Shown here: piece by piece, positions 1 to 9,700 of the stretch
How positions within the stretch are numbered: position 1 is the first letter of the stretch
How the letters are laid out: the number at the start of each line of letters is the position of its first letter
From: Lingula anatina
Taxonomy: Eukaryota > Animalia > Brachiopoda
DNA: 64,000 bases
Direction: 5' to 3'
Assembly: GCA_051362555.1 (NCBI GenBank)
Contig: CM120646.1
Location: 19,778,001 to 19,842,000 of the forward strand
Notes under the pieces: model-generated
Told to the model about the DNA's origin: nothing
Databases searched by the model: none
What the model saw: the letters and a program-made list of their open reading frames with translations, nothing else
Position numbers and translations under genes: made by a program

Positions 1-1964
1 TAAACCAGTTCTTTGTCCTCTTAAAACTGAGAGGTGAGAGTTAGCTAAAATAAGGGAGAGATAACTGTCAAAATATTCAAGGGAACAACATATCATCCAC
101 ATGTTTAGAGTTATGTCTAGGGACATTTAATAGGTTTACTTGCTTGGGATAACATATTGCATGTCCTGGGTTCCTGTCATGTCTAATATCAGATATACTA
201 ATCAAAAATTAAAAGTGTTGTCAAGGTTCAAAGTGGTGATATCTAAGACAGGAATGGGGGCAAAGACTAATCAGTGGAAAAATTTAGAAAAATATCTAAA
301 TCTAAATCTAAGACAGATCAAACACGCATTCTTAAAAAAAAAAAAACGTTATAAAAAATCACAAAAACTGTCATATTTGGCATGCGTGGAACATTTCTTA
401 ACAGACAGGTGCAAATGTAATGAAACACGATCCATAGAAGTCAAGAACACAATTCTTGAATCTCTTGGAAGTTTGATTACCGACTCAAAAACTGTTGGTT
501 TCCCTTCACCAGTTATATTAGTTCCAGTATACAGAGAAGAATAAATGTAAAAGCTTAAAAAGCATTGTGTCAGTTTTGTATAGAGGAACAATCACCTCAT
601 ATACTGACCAATTTTTTTCTGTAAATTTAAAAGGAATCAGATATATGTCATGTTGACAGGGCTCACTGCTGATATCTGAAGGGATGTTTAGACTGTGGAG
701 TTTTGATTCATATTTCCTGCTGGTGCTGGTGTTGGCGGTGGTGGTGGTGGTGGTGGTGGGGGGGGGGTGTCAAGTCAATTGTTATAAAATCATGCAAAAT
801 GGGAACACAGTAAAACACAGAAAAAAATTCTATACATTGAGGAAAAAACCTATTTAAACCATGCAGAAAGTGCTCAACTTTTTTTCAGACAAATTAATGC
901 AGTTTATCCAAACATTTTGCGATATTGCAAGTAGAAGAACTGTAAAATATTGCAATACAGATAAAGCATTTGCTTGAAGTTAAAAAAAAAAATAAAATAA
1001 AAAATAAAAAAAATCAAAAAAGCCTAGAACCCCTCATCTTGTTAGACAATAATTAACTAGACTGTAGCAAATATGAGGTATGATAATTTGTGTCAGAGGT
1101 AACTTTTTAGACAAAAGAAGCAATTTAGCTTTGACTGGAGTTGACAATATAAATATACACCAAGTATAAAGCTGTGTGTAAAATCTGGATTAGAAATGCA
1201 GTTGTCTTCAATTATTCTCTCTCATGGCCTACATTTGCAATTTCTAATTTCAGTATATAAACTGAACAAATTTTAGAGACTGTCTCTATTAATTATACTT
1301 ACAGAGATCATTTACTTCTAAGATATCCTTTCTCTAAATATCTTTGACTTCTTCCAACCTCCCCCCCCCCCAAACATATTTCTTTATCAGGTTTCCCAAT
1401 ACTTAAATCTATTCAAAAAAATCTATTCAAAATATTCTTGATAGCATTCAAAATTCAGATTTTACACTGAACCTGAACATTGCAGAGACTGCAGGTATGA
1501 AATATTAATTTGCAGAGTTTCAATTTATCATACCACTTTGGGTAACATATACATCCATATTGGTCACTTTACAAGCAGAGACATATTCAAGCTCTGATAA
1601 AAGTCATAGTAGTGTTCTTACTGGCTGCATAGATCAAACCATGAGCATATTTATAGAAGTTTTCGAGAAAAAAAAAATCTTAAACTTTTTATCTGGTGTT
1701 ATTAAAACTGCCTGGATTTTCCAAAATCACTTCCTATATTTGATCCATGCCAAATAAGGCAGCTGAGACCTAATAACTAACCCAAAAAGCAATACTTGTA
1801 TAGGCATAAATTGTTACATTGAGCACAGAAAGCCTAGAGATATACATCGTACAGTTTGGTAGACCCATATATCAATTGTCTATCACACTGGTAGCTGGAA
1901 TAATGCCATGCATTGGAAGCTTCTCCTGACAGTCATGTGTGCACAGATAAAGCCTGAATACACC

Positions 1965-2230
1965 TGGCATACTGCCTGGCATGTCATACTGCCTGGCATG
2001 TCACGACATGGGCATGGCATACTGCTTGGCATGTCACAACATGGACATGGCATGCTGCCTGGCATGTCATGACATGGGAATGGCATACTGCCTGGCATGC
2101 CAAGACATGGGCATGCCATATTTCCTGGCATGTCACCACATGAGCATGGCATACTGCCTGGCATGTTACGGCATGGGCATGGCATACTGTCTGGCATGTC
2201 ACCACATGGGCACACAGATTGACATGCCAT
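1965..2230. repeat. 33-bp minisatellite, about 7 copies (CATACTGCCTGGCATGTCACGACATGGGCATGG)
   Basis: Directly visible tandem unit; the overlapping ORFs show an 11-aa periodicity. Confidence 0.9.
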
Positions 2231-2289
2231 AACAGGAATATTTGGCATAACTCAGATCTATGCACAATGACAACACTATTCCGTCTTAC

Positions 2290-2364
2290 CGCATACACTC
2301 CACCTGGGCGGATGTAGTTGGCGTGCATTCGCGCACCAGAAACTCTCTCGTAGATCTCTAACAA
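2290..2364 (-). CDS. NDUFS2: NDUFS2 alternative exon 7b ([25 protein letters not shown])
   Basis: 75 nt, phase 0/0, acceptor GTTGTTTTTAG, donor GTAAGA; 19/25 aa identical to 7a, no stops. Confidence 0.9.
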
Positions 2365-5300
2365 CTAAAAACAACAGTTAAAAGATAAACGTGTTGTAAC
2401 TTTGATATTTGTTTTACTTGAGCGCACAGTGTGAAAGAGGCTCATGGTGATGATGTTGGCAATCAAGGTGTATATGCAAAATCATTTTGTAACTTCTCAT
2501 TAATTCCATGTTTTCCAATTTCAATGGCACTGTTTTGCCAATGCGCTTCCGAAAATCATATCATGTGGCAGTCTCTAAAAGTGATTTCGCTTCAAATATG
2601 TTCTTGAATCCAGCAGGATTATCCGATTAAGTCTTTTTCAAGTGAATTTATCTTTGAGGACAAACATTACACACCTTTTGCCAAAAACAACAAGCATGAG
2701 TCACTAGCTCAAGTCCCTTTCAACCATGTTGACTTCATCACACCTGTTTCATACCTGTGAGACACCACCTGGACGTACATAAGCTGCATGCATACGGGCA
2801 CCTGAAACCCGCTCATAAAACTCCATCAGCTGCAAGAGAGTAGACATCTATGTTTATCAGGCAAACAAGGTGAATTACGGTGAATTGTGTGTCAGCAATA
2901 TGGCTGCTGGTGGCTTTCACAAGTGTGTGTGTGTGTGTGTGTCTGTGTGTGTGTGTGTGCGTGCATATGTGTGTGAGTGATTTCATATGTGTAAAAGTAG
3001 ATGTGAGAATGTTGTATATAAATCATCATCTACATATGTTGTATATAAATCATCATCTACATACAATGTCATATGTTCTTTAAAACTATAAGTGCCCCAT
3101 AACATGAAGCAAACAAGTGTTAACATCAGATGCAACTATTAAGAAGTAATGGGTATGAAGCAGAATCCACCTTTGGAGTACCACTGTATGGTGCTGCAGT
3201 GTTCCTGCAACCTGAAATGATTACTCTGCATTTCTTTTTCTACATTCTTATCATAAACAGTCATTCAAGTCAATTAGTTTACTTCACAAAATAAATATTA
3301 AAATCAACTTTCAGATCTCTCTATAAAAAAAAAGTATAATAAGTTATTATTACAATAACTATAAAAAAATGCTGATAAATTTTACGAAATTACTTTTTTT
3401 CTGAATTCATTTCAGTAGGATTTTTATCTTGATATTCTTTACCTTTTCCCTTTCTTCAAACATCCAAAACAATGGTGTAAGTCCTCCGATATCCAAAATG
3501 TGGGTGGTTATTCCCATCAAGTGGTTCATTATTCTAGTTATTTCTGCAAACATTGCTGAAAAGGAAAAAGAATTACTTCTGCCCTTAAGATAACTGAAAT
3601 TAAAATATCTTGAGAGTAAAAAATAATATAAATTCTAAAAAAGCAAAACACACACCATTCAAAAAAAAAAAAAATTCAGGACCATATTTTTGTGAAGTTC
3701 CTTCCAACAATTGTGCTTAGAAAAATGGACACAAAATTGTCAAACTGATAATTTGTAAGAAGTATAAAGGCTTCTGTTAAATCTTTTTTTTTTTTTAATA
3801 GTTTTCCTGTTTCATTCCCAGAAAGCAAAGGGGCACAAAAACTCTTTTTTTAAATACATTCTCTTCTGTACTGTGACATTCTTTTCAGTAAAGTCCTACT
3901 CCACATAAAATTTGCCAACTCCATTTCTCCACTCATCCTCAAAGTACTTACTTCTAATATACTTTGCCCTGGGTGGGACATCTATATTCAGCAACTTCTC
4001 TACGGCTAAGGCATAAGCCTGCTCATTACACATCATAGATACGTAGTCTAGACGGTCGAAGTAGGGCAGGGCCTGAAAATAGTGCAGTTGATGACAAAAT
4101 TACACAAAACTACTGCTAAAGATTTGGCATTTTGCAGCATTTTATCTTATCACAGTCACCATATCATTGCAATAACTTCCAAGTTATAACATATTTACAG
4201 AATGCAATTTTCAAAACATTAGTTTTACAATATTACTAACTTGGACCCATTTGTCCCACACCTAAAAAAAATGCACTGCCATACCTTGCATATTCCACTG
4301 TCTGTGCCTGCCACATTCAACTAACACATTCTAATGTCACATCTAAAATAATACCCTTCCACATCAAACACGTTCTACTATTACATCTAGCACATTCAAC
4401 TGTACATCTAATTTAAATTCTACTGTTACACCCAACACATTCAACTATCACATTCTTATGTCACATCTAAAATAATGCACTTCCACACCTAACCTATTCT
4501 GTTACATCTAACACATTCAACCATCACATTCTTATGTCACTTCTAAACTAATGCACTTCCACACCTAACACATTCTTCTATTACATCTAACACATTCAAC
4601 TGTCAAAACACATTCCAATGTCACAACTAAATCTTCACTGCAAGCTTACTCACCTGGGTGTATGTTTTGTACTCTATCAGCTTCTCTGTCGCTCTATGAA
4701 GCAGACCTATGTGGGGATCGCAGCGTACTATGGACTGAATTTGCAATAACAAATCAATTTTATATTCTTGAAGTTGTAAGTTGAAATTGCCCATTTGTTT
4801 TTTAGAAAACCCGTGTCAGAATTCAAACATCTATCCCCTCACTTAAAGCAATAATAACTCTTCGTTTCGGCCAAAAAATGAATTTTCCTGGAGTAAACAA
4901 CAATTTTCCCATGCTTACCAATGGTTAATGAATCCATTTTTACATTCATAGTTAGTCCCTGGTTTTTTTCTAAAAAGTTTGGTTTTTTGTTAAAATCTCT
5001 TAAGAGATTTTAACAGAGTATAGACATCAATGGAGGTCACGTGGTCTAAAGACAAGTTCAAATATCAGAATAAAAGCTATAACTGCTGTTTTTGTGGTAA
5101 AACAGAATATATTATATTTCTATGAGTTATTCACAATGTTTTTATTGTGAAATATAGGTCTCATACAAAGAGTTATTATGACTTTAATTTGAATATGAAA
5201 TAAGCAGGTTTTCTCAACTTTTTTTTAATCCACCCTGATCCCGTAAATAAATTTAAAAAATACAGACATATTCATACATTTATATATAACAAAATACAAA

Positions 5301-6433
5301 AGAAAAAATTAATAAATTAAATGCCATTCATCTTGAAAATATTTACAAAAAGCAGTTTCCTGACAAAGTCTCTAAACACCCTAAGTTTCTAGGGTGACAT
5401 GTACCTCAGCATCCAGCATTATGATAAGCCTAAGCACACCATGAGCCGCAGGGTGCTGAGGCCCAAAGTTGAGCACCATATTCTGCAGATATCTGTCAGT
5501 CTGAGGCATTCTCTCTGAAAAGACAAAGAATAATAGATCTCCATTTTTTTCTCATGACATGATGAAGTTTGATCTATTTCTTCTTCTATGAGATACGCAT
5601 CGCAATTTGTTAGCTATGAATTCTTTGAATAAAAATGATATCATAGATACTCTTACTAATTGTAAGAATTATTTTCAAAATAATGATAATAATAATAATT
5701 AAAATAAAATATCAACAGGTAAAGCATTTCCTATTTAAACTTTTCATAACTCACTTGAAAGAAAAACATAAGAAAGAAAAAAATAGCAGCAGACTGTGCT
5801 TTTGTCAACCAAAATTCAGAGATAGAAATAATAGTATTTGGCAGAACAGATTTCAGTCAGCGATGATGAAGAATGCAATTCTTATTTTCAACTTATATTA
5901 TCATATTAGGACAATACAGCTTGTAAACCTAGAATGACCCTAAGAAAAACAAGTACTTACTGAACATGCTGTATTTACTGGTGTCTTGTATAACCTCAAT
6001 TTCGTCCACTGGAGTAGTTTCATAGTCTATATCTACTGCACTATAGTATATTGCTGGTTCGTCGTATCTTTTTAAAAATTCATTATCTGGTAGCCACATA
6101 GGACCTGCATATCTGACATAAAAAAGAATCACATCACCCTGTGTGATACAGTAACATCAAATCTGTATTGCAAAGTTTTAAAATAGTATATCTTCTCTGA
6201 AATAACTACTACTACTACTGACTATTCATGGAGTAAAAAGAACACCTTGATGTTACCTGCAAGTGACACTGTGACAGGCAAGCAAATAAACAATCAAGTA
6301 TTAAATCTGTAGCTCCATACCTTTTTGACAAAACAACTGGTTGAAAAGCGGTCTGAGCTGGGCTTTTTACGGCTGATAAACCGCGTGAAAGATGCCTTCC
6401 AGCTCCAAGAAGGCTCCTGGCGATAGCCGCCAT
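2290..6433 (-). CDS. NDUFS2: NADH:ubiquinone oxidoreductase 49-kDa subunit (NDUFS2), 5' part; gene continues beyond the left window edge
   Basis: GT-AG exons 6433-6321 (mitochondrial presequence-like [18 protein letters not shown]), 6112-5961, 5514-5405 ([15 protein letters not shown]), 4734-4654 ([22 protein letters not shown]), 4072-3952 ([18 protein letters not shown]), 3555-3443 (FWMFEEREK), then 2829-2755 or 2364-2290 ([10 protein letters not shown]). Phases are consistent. I found no further NDUFS2 exon in 1-2289. Confidence 0.97.
2755..2829 (-). CDS. NDUFS2: NDUFS2 alternative exon 7a ([25 protein letters not shown])
   Basis: 75 nt, phase 0/0, acceptor CTCTCTTGCAG, donor GTATGA; canonical RMHAAY type. 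Confidence 0.93.
4290..4630. repeat. degenerate tandem repeat (ACACATTCAACT/CACATCTAA units) in an NDUFS2 intron
   Basis: Recurrent cacatctaa / acacattcaac motifs. Confidence 0.7.
4847..5183. mobile_element. 337-bp non-autonomous TIR element, family A (TTAA TSD, Kolobok-like), copy 1
   Basis: TTAA on both flanks; slightly degenerate TIR related to AGGGATAATAACTCTTC; near-identical copies at 22907-23243 and 51000-51336. Confidence 0.88.
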
Positions 6434-6748
6434 TTTGGAAATGTAGCAAGCAAGATAATCCGCAAATCAGCCTCCTTTTCAATACAATCATTATGATATG
6501 AAAAGCACTCTTATAAACGAAATCGAGATCTAGCCTCTTGGAAGGAGGTCGAGGATGAAGGTCGTTTCGTAATATCAATTTGTGAATTATTTCAAATTGC
6601 TTTCGAATATTCATAATGTATGCTTTGAAATAAAGTTTCATGGAAAAATTCATATACATAACTGATATATATTAGATGTTGTTGAAAAAAATTAGACTAT
6701 TGAAATACATTGTTTTCGGACCTCCATTTTCCAAGACAGGACAACAAG
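6434..6748. promoter_or_regulatory. bidirectional promoter region, NDUFS2/RBM42
   Basis: Divergent ATGs 315 bp apart. Both start codons sit in YY1-like AA(A/G)ATGGCG motifs (AAAATGGCGGC; CAAGATGGCGTC). Confidence 0.75.
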
Positions 6749-9700
6749 ATGGCGTCGATGGGAGAAGATCGTAAACTCCAAGAAATGGAGGCCGAAATGA
6801 ACAGGTACCAGTTCATTTATTACATCTCCATGGGTCTGATTGCGAAGACGTTATTGTTTTCGATTTAATCATTCATTAAAATGGACACTTGCCATTAATT
6901 ACCAAAGGGTTTTTCCATACATGGGGGTAGCAGTAGGTAGTACGAAAATCGAAATTCATGCGTTTCTGGTAGGTACACTGTGGAGACGCATGAAAGCATG
7001 AAAGCAAAGGCCTCAAAATAATGTTTTAAAAAAAGTAAAGAGGCAACTAGCCTTCGCATCAACCCCGATGCGGAAGGTTTCAAATTCTTATCTTACCTCT
7101 CATCTGCTCAACTCACACACTCCAGGCTGTAATTTGCAAAGACGACCAGTTTTCGGTCGACAGGCCCATGAGTAAGCTGGGGTAGCGCTAACACTCGCCA
7201 ATTTAGCCAAATGCTAACACTGACTTAAATTGGCTAAAGAAAAAGGGCTAGATTTGACATGTTTTAGCCAAATTTTAGCCATGATCTTAATAACAAATTG
7301 ACAAAAGTGTGGTGATATGGCTAAGCGAAAAAAATTGCAAGCGCTACCCCAGGTAAGGTACGTTTTATCATAATATACTACTGGGGCGATCTACATAAAG
7401 TGGCCAGTACAGCGAAACACAGTGCAATGCACCAAGAAAACCAAATCCAGTTGCAAGTTAACACAGGAAAGGTCATTCTCAAGCAAACAGGTCTACTTTA
7501 TATATATATAAATGTGAAAAGATTGTATTACAAGAAGGTTAAGGTGGCAATGTACCCAAATATGGCTAAAAATCGTCATTTTGGGTTTTTATGTGTAATT
7601 ATTGAATAAATCTACCATTCAATTACTAGTACGAGAAAAGTGCGACAGTGTTTTGAATATTCGTGGGATTTGGCAGGAATCGCACGAATATTGTCAGGAA
7701 TTCAATACTATTTTTTGGAATCAGGAGTTCGTGGCCAAAATCTTGAACAGCTCAAAATTTTTGCCATGAATTCCCGATTGATCAAGAATTGCAAGAACTG
7801 ACTACGATTATATACGAATCTGCTAAGAACTTCACGAACTGATTACGATTCAACCATGAATCCTGAAATTTGTCAATTCCTGGCAATTCATGGGATTCGT
7901 GGTCTATGTGAAATAGGGGCATAACATGACCGTTTTTTCGAACCATTTTTCGCTCGGCGAATGTGGACAAGACTGCCTGCGATGCTGCTATTGTGTGCAC
8001 ATCCTAGAGCGCATCCCTAACACTTGTCCCGATGTCAATTGAGGTGATTGGTTGAGTGGTTAGAGCTTACTTGATTGCCTGTCATTCTTCTGGCAGTGCT
8101 AGTGTTAACTCCTTGAAGATACTAACAGGAGGTGAGATTGATACAAACTTAAGATTTTCTGACATCCAAATGCATGCAAACAAGCTAATTTCATCCGGCA
8201 ATAGAGTACCATCTTCGCGATCGTCAGAACGATAACAGGTAAAGCTGTCAACAATTTAATTTGCTATTTTGGACAATTAACCTCCCTGAAAGGGTTTTTG
8301 CTCGTTTTCTCCGCTTGCAAGATTGACGAGATAGTGTTATCGGATCGAGCTATAACTGTCTACCTGTACACCTGAGTGAGACCAAATTCACCATGCTAAT
8401 TAAGAAAAGTATGCACTAAAAGTGCTTTTTAAGAAATTTTGGTTTGTCCTCTCTTTTCCAATTTATTGACTTTGAAAGTGAAAATTCCTCAATATTTTGA
8501 TGTAATTTCACGTTTTTATAGATGAAATCAACAATAAGTCTCTAAAGAAAAATCCCTGACTCCATTTTGTAGTTCTTTTTTCAAGTGTTATAATACCATT
8601 AAAAGCATGTTTATAGCTGTCCAGGTGCCTGAGAAAATCAGGTGTTTAAAAGTGGTGTTTTTGTCCCCAAAATCCCAATATTAAATCACACGATGAAGTT
8701 GAAGCTGTGTTCCAAGCATAATTAGATGTTTTGAAGATACATTAAATGAATATGACAGGAATTAAAAAGCTACAACCTTTATTTTAAGAGAAAATCTATA
8801 ACCAACATTGCCACCTTAAGAAGGTTTATAAACCAAGGATTGTATTTTGGATGGAACATTTTAACCAAAAGGAATCTATTCTGAAGGGGAGGAACAGTGG
8901 GAGGGGGGGGGGGGGAGAGAATAATGGCCCATGAGAGTATCAGTGCAAGGATGTGTAGGGATTTAACCATCCTCCTGACATTAATGGAGAGCAAAAAAGG
9001 AGGGATGGCAAAAAAAAAAAAAAAAAAAAAATAATAATAATAAAATAAATAAATAAAAAAATGTTTCCTAAATAAGTTGCTTTAAAAAAATGACATGTTA
9101 CTAGCAAAAAAGGAGGGATGGCAAAAAAAAAAAAGAATAAAAAATATTTCCCAAATAAGTTGCTTTAAAAAACTGACATGTTCGTCAAAAGGAGAAGACC
9201 AGCTGATATTAGTTCTTTGTCAACACAGGTCAGTTCCCAATACAGAAGTTGAGAAGTGCAATGTAATGTAATCCCTAATGTAAAGGAAACCCACACTTGG
9301 CTTTCACTTTGGTCGGTGATAAGAACTTTGGTCAGTGATAAGAGTAAAAACTAAATGAAATGATCTTTACAATATCTGACTAGACAACCATAGTGTCCAA
9401 AAAAAAATAATAAGTAGAATGAATAAAAATGAGGAAATAAATAAAATGAACAAACAAATAAAAATAGATAATTGAATAAATGAAAAATTAAATGATTAAT
9501 GTGATAATAAGAAGGAATAAGATAAAAATGCAATGAAATATAAGAGAGAGAGAGAGACAAATTGATGTTCCAAGGTAGATTAAAATTTTTTCCCCTACTA
9601 GTAAACCAATTCCAACCATGCAGTGCTTTATTTGTATTTTCCCTCAAATCAAATTTTGAGACAGAATTTCTTAGTATCATGTATATTTGGCAAACATTTA

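Noticed and set aside
1883-2248. Cys-rich ORFs: metallothionein-like (minus) and repeated CxxCH 'CLACH' multiheme-like (plus)
   Set aside because: All frames are read-throughs of a 33-bp intronic minisatellite; there is no independent gene structure.
1984-2364. 126-aa ORF as a separate NDUFS2-like gene
   Set aside because: Only the first 25 codons are exon 7b; a GTAAGA donor follows and the rest is intron and repeat.
2290-2364. Exon 7b as an assembly duplicate or pseudo-exon
   Set aside because: Extensive synonymous divergence with conserved protein, length and splice sites, and the flanking introns are not duplicated.
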